64,000 nt of DNA from a virus, in the IMG/VR virus record IMGVR_UViG_3300044970_002959, positions 14,717 to 78,716 of that record; one strand, given 5' to 3'. Shown here piece after piece: positions 37,449-46,932 of the stretch (the first letter of the stretch is position 1; every line of letters begins with the position of its first letter). Position numbers and translations under genes: made by a program. Below the pieces are notes generated by a model that saw nothing but the letters and a program-made list of their open reading frames with translations, did no database searches and was not told the DNA's origin.

Positions 37449-37467
37449 TATTTTTTATCCTATAAAC

Positions 37468-37500
37468 AAAACAAGGGGCAGGGTGAGTGCCCCCAGTTTT
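37468..37500 (-). terminator. Intrinsic terminator downstream of ssb
   Basis: GGGGCA (37475-80)/TGCCCC (37488-93) stem followed on the - strand by TTGTTTTGTTT. Confidence 0.7.
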
Positions 37501-37519
37501 GAATTTATTTTCTACAACA

Positions 37520-37888
37520 TCAGAAAGAAACGGTTTCTTCCGTCTCCTTCTTCTTGATCTTTGTGACCTTAGAGAAGTTATTCACTCTGACCTTTAGCGT
37601 AGAGTGCTTAACGCCGTCCTTTTCCCAGTTGTCATTACGCAGACTTCCTTCGATCATAACAAGATCACCCTTTTGGAACGAGGAGCCGATAACCTCTGCT
37701 CCGCTATCCCAGGCTTCGCACTGAACATACGAAACGATCTTGTCCTTCGTTCCATTCGCCCTCGTAAAGTCCTTTGATACGGCTACTGTGAATGAAACAA
37801 CAGATGTTTGCTTCTCTCCACTAGAAATAACACGTAGTTCTGGATCACGAGTTAGGTTTCCCTTTAGTAAAACAATATTCATATTCAA
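37520..37888 (-). CDS. ssb: Single-stranded DNA-binding protein
   Basis: NIVLLKGNLTRDPELR, KGDLVMIEGSLR..W; acidic tail ending in F. Confidence 0.95.
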   Translation of the reverse strand: MNMNIVLLKGNLTRDPELRVISSGEKQTSVVSFTVAVSKDFTRANGTKDKIVSYVQCEAWDSGAEVIGSSFQKGDLVMIEGSLRNDNWEKDGVKHSTLKVRVNNFSKVTKIKKKETEETVSF

Positions 37889-37942
37889 ATCTCCTTTAAG
37901 GTTACAAAATTACTAACAAGGTTGAGGTTCGCACCACAGTTT

Positions 37943-37970
37943 ATTATATGGAGGGCGTGTGGCGTGTCAA
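37943..37970 (-). promoter_or_regulatory. Consensus sigma70 promoter for ssb
   Basis: TTGACA (37970-37965), 16-bp spacer, TATAAT (37948-37943) on the - strand. Confidence 0.85.
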
Positions 37971-37973
37971 GAA

Positions 37974-39578
37974 TCAGACCACGAAACACTTTTTAATCAC
38001 CGGCGTACTGTTCTTCCCTGACTTTTGGCCGCTAAACATTAAAACTCGTCCGTTCTCTAATAGTTCTTTGTATTCTTCAAACTCTTCCGGAAACAGCACG
38101 GCAGAGTCTAGACTGCCATACGAGTCTGATAGTCTCAGAAAGCACATTTCTTTACCGGGAGTTTTGCCTCTCTTTGTTACTATCACGCTCATCTGATCTA
38201 TCTCAGCAACAACAAAAAACTGCTTATTATTAGGAAAGGTTTTTAGATCCTTACAATCGGTATTTGCGTAAGAAGAATCGTACAGATCTGTTTTGGTGAT
38301 TGTTAGAGAGGCTCCTAACAGGTCTCTTTCATTGTTTGAAATCCATTCGGGATCATCATCTAGAGAGTAGGGAGGATTGGTTATTTGATTAATAATGCTT
38401 AATATCTTTGGTAATCTATTTTTTGTTATTTTTGCTGTGCTTATCAAGGTTCTTAACAATATAGTAATATCTTTGATTTTTTGACCATCTATAATCTCAA
38501 TACACTTCTGCAGTTCTCTTTGAGTTAGTTCGCTAATGAGATTCAAATCAAAAGTCATTTTATTTCTGCTTATTTTTAGATAATCCATAGCTCCGGATAA
38601 TATGAGAGATTTTGCTGCTGATGAGTTTATGTTTACCATAACCCTCACTAGTGTTTCTATCCAAGACATTTTAGATAGATCAAACTTTTCTATGATAGAT
38701 ATAAGTTTGGTATATACAGAATCCCCCAATCCCTTTATATTAGTTAGACCAAAATATATTTTTCCATCTACTATCTCAAACTCTTTGTTCTTGAGTGTTA
38801 GATTTGGACCAAATACACTAATATCCATATCTCTGGCATTACTAATTAATTCCAATATTTCTTGCTGTGGATCTATTTTATCTTTTGCTAATCTAAGATA
38901 AGACAAAAAGAATATTCTTGGAAAATGTGCTTTTGCATAGGCCGAGATATATCCGTTGATAGCATAACTAACAGCGTGAGACTTATTAAATGAATATCTC
39001 TGGCTTTTTTCTATCCATCCGAATATCTGTTCGGCCTCGTCTTGGGTCACTTTTCCTAGCTGTTTGGATCCTTCTAGAAACTTGGTTTTAATTTTAGCCA
39101 TCTCTTCGGGCTTCTTTTTTCCAATGGCTTTTCTTAACATATCTGCTTCTTGCAAATTAAACCCAGCTATATCTTTGGCTATTTCCATCGCCTGTTCTTG
39201 ATAAACCATCTCTCCGTATGTGTTTTTCAAAATAGGTTCAAGAGCTTCATGAAAGTAATCAATAGACTCCTGGCCATTTTTTTTATCAATGTAGTGATTG
39301 CTTACGCTTTTTCCGTCTCTAATAGCTTCCAAACATCCCGGTCTTAAAATACTAATTAGAGCAGAAAGCTGTTCTATATTTTCCGGCATGAGTTTTTTTG
39401 CCATGCTTTGACCAAGCCTAGATTCTAGCTGAAAACACCCCTTGGTATTCCCATCGCCTATCAACTCCCAGGTTTTTGGACACCTAAAATTAATAGTGTT
39501 GATATCAAAATCTATAGCTATTAGTTCTTGGTTTTTCTGGGTTGGAAAACAGCAACCACACTCAAAATTAATTGTCAT
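37974..39578 (-). CDS. dnaE: DNA polymerase III alpha, C-terminal part (fingers, HhH, OB fold)
   Basis: GCFQLES, LRPG, TYGEMVYQEQ, ADMLRKAIGKKK, YSFNKSHAVSY, IKGLG, C-terminal OB fold. Confidence 0.93.
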   Translation of the reverse strand: MTINFECGCCFPTQKNQELIAIDFDINTINFRCPKTWELIGDGNTKGCFQLESRLGQSMAKKLMPENIEQLSALISILRPGCLEAIRDGKSVSNHYIDKKNGQESIDYFHEALEPILKNTYGEMVYQEQAMEIAKDIAGFNLQEADMLRKAIGKKKPEEMAKIKTKFLEGSKQLGKVTQDEAEQIFGWIEKSQRYSFNKSHAVSYAINGYISAYAKAHFPRIFFLSYLRLAKDKIDPQQEILELISNARDMDISVFGPNLTLKNKEFEIVDGKIYFGLTNIKGLGDSVYTKLISIIEKFDLSKMSWIETLVRVMVNINSSAAKSLILSGAMDYLKISRNKMTFDLNLISELTQRELQKCIEIIDGQKIKDITILLRTLISTAKITKNRLPKILSIINQITNPPYSLDDDPEWISNNERDLLGASLTITKTDLYDSSYANTDCKDLKTFPNNKQFFVVAEIDQMSVIVTKRGKTPGKEMCFLRLSDSYGSLDSAVLFPEEFEEYKELLENGRVLMFSGQKSGKNSTPVIKKCFVV

Positions 39579-40263
39579 TTAAAAAAGAGTCCTTAAACTT
39601 TACCTTCTGCGATAAATTCCTATGAAGCTTTAGGAACCTAATAAGTATTTTAGCGCAATCCTGTACATCCTTTAGTGCATCGTGAGCGCCCTCTTTATCT
39701 AGACCAAGATAATCTCTAATAGTATCCAATGAATAGCTTTTTAGTTCTGTGCTTTCGAACCAATAAAAAACCAAATTCATAATATCTAGAACATCTCTGG
39801 GATGAAAGATATTACTATTTTTTTCTTTGGGTTCATAATTTTTATACTTTAGGCATAGTCTATTAACAATTTTTAGATCAAACCTATGTATATTATATCC
39901 CGCTGCAATTGGAGCAGAAAACATACTCTTTTTCTTGCCTCCAAAACAGTGATATTTTTCAAGGTAAGAAACAAAAGCTTTCCACGATACTTCTTGTGAT
40001 GGATAGTTTTGCCATTGCTTATATATTTCTTCCTCTGAACACCCCCTAACCTTAGCATGGAAGCCCAGTATATCTGTTTCGTATTTGTAGTCCGCAGATG
40101 CTTCCATAACCTCTGGTTTGCAGAAGATATTGAATTCTGAGCCTGGGACCACTTCTAACTTAACAGGATCCACAATAACTGCGGATATTTGAACCGGACT
40201 ACATACGTTTGGATCGGATCCGTCCGTCTCCATATCGAAAACACAGATTTTTTTAGTTAGCAT
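39568..40263 (-). CDS. DEDDh 3'-5' exonuclease (DnaQ/epsilon-like)
   Basis: VFDMETDG, AGYNIHRFD, HDALKD. Confidence 0.9.
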   Translation of the reverse strand: MLTKKICVFDMETDGSDPNVCSPVQISAVIVDPVKLEVVPGSEFNIFCKPEVMEASADYKYETDILGFHAKVRGCSEEEIYKQWQNYPSQEVSWKAFVSYLEKYHCFGGKKKSMFSAPIAAGYNIHRFDLKIVNRLCLKYKNYEPKEKNSNIFHPRDVLDIMNLVFYWFESTELKSYSLDTIRDYLGLDKEGAHDALKDVQDCAKILIRFLKLHRNLSQKVKFKDSFLNDN

Positions 40264-40439
40264 TACTGGTCAATCTTCTCTACTTCGTCTAGTGGCTTTA
40301 AAACTACTTTTTCTGCTGTACCGGCAAGTTCGGCATTGCAAGAGATCTTACAACAACTAACTCTAACTTCTGGAACCTTTACGTATTCCTGGTTATTGAA
40401 CTTGAACTTGTCACCAACCGCAACTTCATGAAATTTCAT
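40263..40439 (-). CDS. Small 58-aa Cys-containing protein (not in ORF track)
   Basis: MKFHEVAVGDKFKFNNQEYVKVPEVRVSCCKISCNAELAGTAEKVVLKPLDEVEKIDQ*; AGGAG RBS; TAATG overlap with exonuclease start. Confidence 0.75.
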   Translation of the reverse strand: MKFHEVAVGDKFKFNNQEYVKVPEVRVSCCKISCNAELAGTAEKVVLKPLDEVEKIDQ

Positions 40440-42306
40440 TAGAAACTCCTTTCTTGAGGTAATCTGAAATTAACATAATTTTATCTAACATAGCTACACC
40501 TAAAATATCAAACTTAACAACTCCTATTGATTCTAGATCTTCCATTTCCATACCAGCGATTCTGGTTTTAGTTTTTGTATCATAAATCATAGGACATATT
40601 GTTGATAAATCGCTGTCTGCGATAACGACTCCAGCAGCGTGTTTTGATTGATTGACTTTGGTGCCCTCTAATCTTATAGCTTGTTCGAATCTTTTGGCAA
40701 GAGGTCCTTGTAATTCATTATTTTCGTCAACGTAGCACCAGTCTTTGAGTTTCTCGGCCTGATTCTCTAGAGCCCATCTAATGATAGAGGCATCGCCGGT
40801 TTCGTCTTTCATTTCTTGTAGTTCGTCTGCGATCTTAGCTTCGTCCGGTATGTTTCTAGTAATATTATTCATTTCGTCAAAACTAATATTACCGTATACC
40901 CTTAATACGTCTTTAATTGCTCCGCGGCCCTTAATCGTATTAAAAGTCACCATCTGAGATACTTGCTGGTCGCCGTACTTATCCTTAATATAAGATATAA
41001 CATTTTCTCTCTTATTAATTGGTACGTCAACGTCTATATCGGGCATACTGACTCTATCCTTGGTATTTCTACCAGAATTATAGAATCTATCAAAGATCAG
41101 ATTGTATTGTAGTGGATCTATTCCGGTTATGCCTATTAGATAAGAAACTAAACAGCCAGCAGCCGAACCTCTACCGGGACCGGGAAGCCAATTATTGTTT
41201 CTAACATAATTAACTATGTCTTGAACTATAAGAAAATAACTAGATAATCCAGCCCCCTGCAAAACATCTAACTCATATTTGATTCTGTCAATATACTTAT
41301 CTTGATCTTCTTTGCTAATCTTATCTTGTATTTTATTACGCCAGCCATTTCTGCACAGTTGTCTCAGATACTCGTCTGGAGATTCGCAATCAAACGGGGG
41401 TAGTCTGGGTCTACTCGTTATATCGTACTCTTCACACATATCCGCTACGATATTCGTGTTTTCTATTTCTTCTTCTGTGTGTAGTCTAGACATTTCTTCT
41501 TGGGATAGGATATGAAAATTATCTGATGTAAAAAAGCATCCCATCGGCAAGTCTTCGCCATTATTAATCTTTCTACTAATTTCTGGCATGGTTGTTTTTA
41601 GGTTATTACAAAGAAGTATTCTTTGGTCTGATGCGTCGGACTTTCTAACATAATGAGCATCAGGAGTACATACTACTGTAGTGTTGGTGTGTTTACCAAG
41701 AGCCCTAATTATGTCGGTAAGCTGTTTTTGTATAGGAGTATTCTCATAGTCCATCAATTGGGCTTCAAGAACAAAGTTTTCTGCACCAAATATATCTTTT
41801 AATCTACCAATTAGATTTATGCCTATATTTTTCCAGTCCGGATTAATTTGATTATTGTCTACAATTTTATCGGCCAATAATGAACCTAAGTGTCCGCACA
41901 TACCTAACATATTGCCATCACAGAACTCACCAAGAGCCTCCAGAGTCAATCTGGGCTTGTGATAATAAAAGTCTGGACGGTTGGACTCTGAAACTAAACG
42001 AATCAGATTTTGCCACCCCTTGAGGTTTTTTGCCAGCACAATAAAATGGGTCAATTCCTTGTTTGACTTGTCTCTAATTTCTACGTCCTGATCACACAAG
42101 TAGATTTCACAACCAAGTATTGGCTTTATACCAACGGACTTCATTTCTTTAAAAAACTTAATTGATCCGGCTATATTGCCATGATCCGTTAGTGCGCAGG
42201 CCCTAGCCCCTATCTCTAAACATCTCTCTGCAATCTGAGATGGCTTACTTAGGCCGTCCAATAAAGAATACATAGAATGACAATGCAATGGTATATAGTT
42301 TTTCAT
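40426..42306 (-). CDS. dnaE: DNA polymerase III alpha, N-terminal part (PHP, palm, thumb)
   Basis: HCHSMYSLLDG, TDHG, DAHY, GRGSAAG, PDIDVD, HAAGVVI, KFDILG. Confidence 0.95.
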   Translation of the reverse strand: MKNYIPLHCHSMYSLLDGLSKPSQIAERCLEIGARACALTDHGNIAGSIKFFKEMKSVGIKPILGCEIYLCDQDVEIRDKSNKELTHFIVLAKNLKGWQNLIRLVSESNRPDFYYHKPRLTLEALGEFCDGNMLGMCGHLGSLLADKIVDNNQINPDWKNIGINLIGRLKDIFGAENFVLEAQLMDYENTPIQKQLTDIIRALGKHTNTTVVCTPDAHYVRKSDASDQRILLCNNLKTTMPEISRKINNGEDLPMGCFFTSDNFHILSQEEMSRLHTEEEIENTNIVADMCEEYDITSRPRLPPFDCESPDEYLRQLCRNGWRNKIQDKISKEDQDKYIDRIKYELDVLQGAGLSSYFLIVQDIVNYVRNNNWLPGPGRGSAAGCLVSYLIGITGIDPLQYNLIFDRFYNSGRNTKDRVSMPDIDVDVPINKRENVISYIKDKYGDQQVSQMVTFNTIKGRGAIKDVLRVYGNISFDEMNNITRNIPDEAKIADELQEMKDETGDASIIRWALENQAEKLKDWCYVDENNELQGPLAKRFEQAIRLEGTKVNQSKHAAGVVIADSDLSTICPMIYDTKTKTRIAGMEMEDLESIGVVKFDILGVAMLDKIMLISDYLKKGVSNEIS

Positions 42307-43349
42307 TCGGCGCTTCCGGGTGCTTTATACTTTCCAAAAGAATGGTTGTCTGCTTTATATTCAGAAACCACAGATTTCATACCCTTTATTTCAACATCGT
42401 GTTTAATTTGTTCACACTTTGTCATAAAAGAGTCTTTGTTACAGGTCTGGTGGTCTCTGTACTCTATGATAGGCAAAACCTTGGTGCTGTCCTGAAATGT
42501 TGTTTTTCCAAAATGACACAACTTACTACACATCCATGTTTTGTTAAGTCTGGGCTGTCTTGTTTGTTTGATTATTTCAAATTTCTTCTGGAGCATCTGC
42601 TCTGTTCTTGCTAGGTCTGTTTTATCGAAAAGTATAGAGAATGGACCGCCATCATTGATAAAATAGATGGTTACTATTACATGATCATATTGAGGATATA
42701 ACTGACTAATAGCATAATGGTATATCATTAGCTGAGGATCACTCTGTAATTTTTCTGGTGTTTTTTCCTTACCGGTGGCCCAATCCAGTCTACGTCCCGT
42801 TTTCCAATCAACTATCTCCAAGGTATTATCGTTGACCTTTGTAATTAAGTCAATAGTCCCCTTTAATGCCAAGTTACCATCAAGCTTACCTTCGTCTGTA
42901 TCATAACTATAGGCTGCCCACGGCTTATTGATTACTATGTCGAAGTGTTGTTCTGGACAAACTATTTCTCTGTTTCTTGGATCAAAAGCTCCTTCATGAT
43001 ATTGTATTGCTTTATATGTCCAGGCGTGGCAATCCTTATAGTCTTTGGGTTCCCATGTATGGTGAGAAAACCTATCTGTATAATACTTGTATGTTTTTTG
43101 TATCAGCGTGTCTAGATTATATTTTGATACATTAACGAGCCCAACAACTTCGTCATCAAAAGAAGGAATACTGTCCTGTTGGCTCTGTTTGATTATAGCT
43201 AATAGCTCTAATACTTTATGTACTATGGTTCCTTTATCAGCTTTTTTATTTGATGGGCCTCTTAGTCCTAGCACATATTCAATAAAATATTGCTGTTCGC
43301 ACATATTATGTGCATTAAAGGAGCTACTGCGAAAATACGTAATTATAAT
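42303..43349 (-). CDS. PD-(D/E)xK exonuclease (RecB/Cas4-like); start probably non-canonical ATT at 43349
   Basis: GTIVH, E, GTIDL, DWKTG, QLMIY, C..C; upstream in-frame TYFRSSSFNAHNMCEQQY completes the N-terminal motif. Confidence 0.8.
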   Translation of the reverse strand: MIITYFRSSSFNAHNMCEQQYFIEYVLGLRGPSNKKADKGTIVHKVLELLAIIKQSQQDSIPSFDDEVVGLVNVSKYNLDTLIQKTYKYYTDRFSHHTWEPKDYKDCHAWTYKAIQYHEGAFDPRNREIVCPEQHFDIVINKPWAAYSYDTDEGKLDGNLALKGTIDLITKVNDNTLEIVDWKTGRRLDWATGKEKTPEKLQSDPQLMIYHYAISQLYPQYDHVIVTIYFINDGGPFSILFDKTDLARTEQMLQKKFEIIKQTRQPRLNKTWMCSKLCHFGKTTFQDSTKVLPIIEYRDHQTCNKDSFMTKCEQIKHDVEIKGMKSVVSEYKADNHSFGKYKAPGSAE

Positions 43350-43936
43350 GGTAATATTCCTTTATCTGATAGAAAAGCTAGTATGTTTTGATTTTTTTGG
43401 GCCATTGTCATGGAGCTATTGTTTATGACGAGACTAAATCTTGACCAATCATATACGTCCTTATCTAGTGCCTTTTCACTATTAGACTGAGAGTTAAATG
43501 GGTCTAGATCTAGTCTGATTACATATCCTCCAGCAGATAGAATGGTTTCAATCTCGTTGGGGAATCTACAATCTGGAATAATAGCTAAATCAGCATTGTC
43601 TCTTTGGATTTTTCTCATTGTGGCTTCTACCCAAACTTCGGTATATAGACTACGGAATATGTCTGTTCCTATTACTTCCATAGCTCTTCTGGCTGTTAGT
43701 TTTTCGTTTTCCCATACCAAATTTGTCATGGTGTTCTTGTCTTCATCAGAGCCATAGCACTGATCATACGTAAGACCCAATATATTCATACAGATGTCTT
43801 CTTTCAAAGGATCGGCAAAATTATAAATCTTATGACTTACCGATAGTCCATTCCCATCTATAATAGACTCTACATACTGAGAGCCGGTTGTCTTACCGGA
43901 TTGCTTCCTGCCAGAAAACGCTAAAATTTTTGTCAT
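43343..43936 (-). CDS. Deoxynucleoside monophosphate kinase
   Basis: GRKQSGKTT, FADPLK, R..EVIGTD..R, DCRFPNE. Confidence 0.9.
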   Translation of the reverse strand: MTKILAFSGRKQSGKTTGSQYVESIIDGNGLSVSHKIYNFADPLKEDICMNILGLTYDQCYGSDEDKNTMTNLVWENEKLTARRAMEVIGTDIFRSLYTEVWVEATMRKIQRDNADLAIIPDCRFPNEIETILSAGGYVIRLDLDPFNSQSNSEKALDKDVYDWSRFSLVINNSSMTMAQKNQNILAFLSDKGILPL

Positions 43937-45096
43937 ATAATGCTCGCTAGTTTAGGCTTAATTTCTTGTTCTATCTCTTTTACGCTCATTTCTGCAACAT
44001 CAGCTTTGGATATATTTATTCTAGTAACTTTGTATGTGTTTTTGCACTTATCCTTAATCGCTTCTGCCGCTTTATTCCCGGCCTCATCATTGTCCGTTAA
44101 GACTATAATATGCATTGCTCCAGAACCATCAAGTATTATTTTCTGTCTATCGCTCAAAGAAGAACCAAACATACCAACAGAATTATGAATGCCAGCTTCT
44201 TCTAGTCTCCACACATTACCAGGACTTTCTACTAATATCACTTTCGTAGATTCTAGTATATGTTGTTTGGCAAACCAGAAGTTATACAGGTGGTTTTGGC
44301 TCTTAAATTCATAATTATGTTTCCACTTAGAGTATTTCCACCTATCCGAATCGGACGGACAACTTAGACCAGGATCATGGTATGACCCACAATGAGGACA
44401 TTTTTCCCATACGCTACGAGCAGTACACCCCACTAAATATTTATAGTCATTATCATATATGGGTGCCACAACCCTACCAAACATTTCTTTGGTTTTGTTT
44501 GTGCATAGTCCGACATCGTACTTGTCTAGTATTTCTTTGCTGAATCCGCGACCGATAAAATATTCTGCTGGTATTTGTAGCGTTTTTCTAACATGGCTTC
44601 TTTTAACCGTTCTTACCATCTTATCGGAATTTGGAATTATGTTGCTGATTATATTAGCAAATTTTGCTTTTTCTACTTCTGTTTTATTGATTTGGATATC
44701 GTCTATCTTATTGTCCAAGAAGTTTTCAACGAACTCTACGGTGTCTTGAAAAGATACTGTCTGGTCTCCTGATTTTGACCAGCCATATTTTTTATGAGAT
44801 AAAACCCCGCGAATAAATCCTATAATAGAAGACCTAAAAACCTTTTCACAATTATGCGTTCTGCATTTCCAGTTACCTCTGTAGTGGTCGCCTTCTGGGT
44901 ATATATTAAACGCAGTGGTGTTATCTCCATCGTGTATAGGACAGCGCCCGACAAGCATTTTGCCGTTTTGTCTAATATCCGATGAGACACCCAAGTATTC
45001 CAAAAGATCATCTATATTATCACATAATCTGTCGCATACTACTTTAAGTTGCTTTTGATTATACGAACGGTATTGTTTCTGAGCTGCCATTCCCAT
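43933..45096 (-). CDS. DnaG-like primase (zinc finger and Toprim)
   Basis: CPIH..C..C, LVES, DNDEAG; adjacent to helicase. Confidence 0.88.
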   Translation of the reverse strand: MGMAAQKQYRSYNQKQLKVVCDRLCDNIDDLLEYLGVSSDIRQNGKMLVGRCPIHDGDNTTAFNIYPEGDHYRGNWKCRTHNCEKVFRSSIIGFIRGVLSHKKYGWSKSGDQTVSFQDTVEFVENFLDNKIDDIQINKTEVEKAKFANIISNIIPNSDKMVRTVKRSHVRKTLQIPAEYFIGRGFSKEILDKYDVGLCTNKTKEMFGRVVAPIYDNDYKYLVGCTARSVWEKCPHCGSYHDPGLSCPSDSDRWKYSKWKHNYEFKSQNHLYNFWFAKQHILESTKVILVESPGNVWRLEEAGIHNSVGMFGSSLSDRQKIILDGSGAMHIIVLTDNDEAGNKAAEAIKDKCKNTYKVTRINISKADVAEMSVKEIEQEIKPKLASII

Positions 45097-46534
45097 CTTC
45101 TTCTATATTAAATCCATTAGATTTTTTGTCTTTGCCAACGTTATTTGCTATTTCCAGTTTGGTTCTACCCTCTGTAATTTTTGCGCACCAACCTTTCATA
45201 TGACAATTAATATAGTCATTATCGTCTAGTCCTCCGCCGTGCCTACTAATTAACGGAATAAGTTTTCTGTTGCCTTCAGTCGGACCATCTTCTGCTATTT
45301 CCTCATCGCTCTTTCGTTTAAATATACTGAAGTTGCTACAAAGCCAGATGATTCTGTCTGATCCAGACGCTGTATCTGTACTTTCTTTTGTTATGCCGTC
45401 TCTGTTTAGCTGTATAAATGCCACGATAGGTACTCTATACCTAACAGCAAAATTATGTAGTGATGTCATCATAAAGCCGAGAACTTGATACTCTTTCATA
45501 TCCTGGCTTATACCGGCACTATCCATTAGCTTTAAATAGTCATAAAAGATAACACAATCCTTTGCTGTTCCGTCATCATTTAGTCCAACCTCCTTAACCA
45601 ACCACCTTCTCATAATAGCGAGCTGATCCTCAAAAGGCTTTCCGGCTATACTTTTGTGATATAGTCTTAAATTCTTAAGCTCCTGAACAGCCTTTCCTAT
45701 TTTATTTTTCTTGTCTGGTGAATCAGAAAATCTACCAGTTTCTATCGTATTAATCTCGATCTCAGTACTCATGGCGAGTATACGATTAATATGATCCTCC
45801 TTGGCCATCTCTGTATCCATATTGAGTACCGGTATTCCCGCCACTGCAATATTTCTACCCATGTTATCGGACAGTAGCGTTTTTCCTGTTTTTGGTCTAG
45901 CGGCTATAACATTTACTGTGCCTTTTCTTAAGCCTCCACCAATAGCCTGATCATATACAGGAAATCCCGTTGGTATGCCGATCTGATCAACCTGATTCTC
46001 TTCTAGAGACTTTACATAGTCTTCTATGGTAGACCCGATCTGTTCTGGACCACTATCAGAATCGCTCAACAAGGAAGTAAAATTGAAGATGCTATCTTCG
46101 GCTAGTCCGATAATAGAAGATATTGGCTCTGTGCCATTTACATCTAAAATTTTATTTTGTGCTAATTCAAGCTGCTCCCTTAAAAGCCTAGCTATTTCTA
46201 ATTTTCTGATTTTTGCTGCTAACTTACGAACATTCTCTTTATGTACTGGAAAATCCAATACAGCCCTAAGATGCTGCGTCTCGTCTTTTCTAGATAGAAC
46301 ATGAGAGACCCCAAGCTCTTGAGCAACAGAGTATATCGACGCTATGTCTATTTTCTTTGCGTTTTGCTTTTCACAAAGCTCTTTTACGCACTTAAAAATA
46401 ATACTATTACTATCTATAGTAAAAGAAGAGTCCTGAATAATATCAGCTATATCAAGATATACTTCTTCGCCATATTTACAAATACCGGACAATACGGCGC
46501 GTTCTGCCGAAGGATCTGCTAAAATTGTTGACAT
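45059..46534 (-). CDS. dnaB: Replicative DnaB-family helicase
   Basis: AERAVL, GIPTGF, AARPKTGKT, DYL, QLNR; start adjusted to MSTIL. Confidence 0.92.
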   Translation of the reverse strand: MSTILADPSAERAVLSGICKYGEEVYLDIADIIQDSSFTIDSNSIIFKCVKELCEKQNAKKIDIASIYSVAQELGVSHVLSRKDETQHLRAVLDFPVHKENVRKLAAKIRKLEIARLLREQLELAQNKILDVNGTEPISSIIGLAEDSIFNFTSLLSDSDSGPEQIGSTIEDYVKSLEENQVDQIGIPTGFPVYDQAIGGGLRKGTVNVIAARPKTGKTLLSDNMGRNIAVAGIPVLNMDTEMAKEDHINRILAMSTEIEINTIETGRFSDSPDKKNKIGKAVQELKNLRLYHKSIAGKPFEDQLAIMRRWLVKEVGLNDDGTAKDCVIFYDYLKLMDSAGISQDMKEYQVLGFMMTSLHNFAVRYRVPIVAFIQLNRDGITKESTDTASGSDRIIWLCSNFSIFKRKSDEEIAEDGPTEGNRKLIPLISRHGGGLDDNDYINCHMKGWCAKITEGRTKLEIANNVGKDKKSNGFNIEEDGNGSSETIPFV

Positions 46535-46539
46535 ATTTT

Positions 46540-46932
46540 TTAACCACCAGCCATCGTTGAGCACTTGTTACATTTATATCTATCCACGGAATCGAGGATA
46601 GCAGGATTGACTTTTTCTTTTTTCCCGCATGCTCTACACCTTACCTCAACAGGCTCAAAAGATCTGGTCCTTGGAGAAGGTGGCTGGGTAGCTAGTTTTT
46701 GATCAATTTTAACATCCGCCTTATGCATATTCATTTCGGGCATAGACAGAAACTTATTTTGACGAGCGCCGGGAATTTTGGTGCTCTTGGTTTTGATATT
46801 CGGGTTGTCGAATTCATCAACCTTTCTATCTGTGGTTTGAGTTTTTGATGGCTGTTCTTCTTTTGGAAGCATGCTTTGCAGCATACTAATTAAAAGCTTT
46901 ATTTGTTCTGGATTGGTTGGATCAAGATCCAT
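46540..46932 (-). CDS. Hypothetical protein with C-terminal zinc ribbon
   Basis: CRAC...CNKC. Confidence 0.65.
   Translation of the reverse strand: MDLDPTNPEQIKLLISMLQSMLPKEEQPSKTQTTDRKVDEFDNPNIKTKSTKIPGARQNKFLSMPEMNMHKADVKIDQKLATQPPSPRTRSFEPVEVRCRACGKKEKVNPAILDSVDRYKCNKCSTMAGG

Noticed and set aside
37974-42306. Split intein or group I intron explaining the broken dnaE
   Set aside because: No N-intein start (C/S plus block A/B) after DnaE-N and no HN-C/S end before DnaE-C; the intervening DNA is fully occupied by coupled ORFs encoding a DEDDh exonuclease, not a homing nuclease
42303-43349. Cas4 indicating a CRISPR-Cas locus
   Set aside because: No cas1/cas2 or array; stand-alone Cas4/RecB-like nucleases are common in phage replication modules
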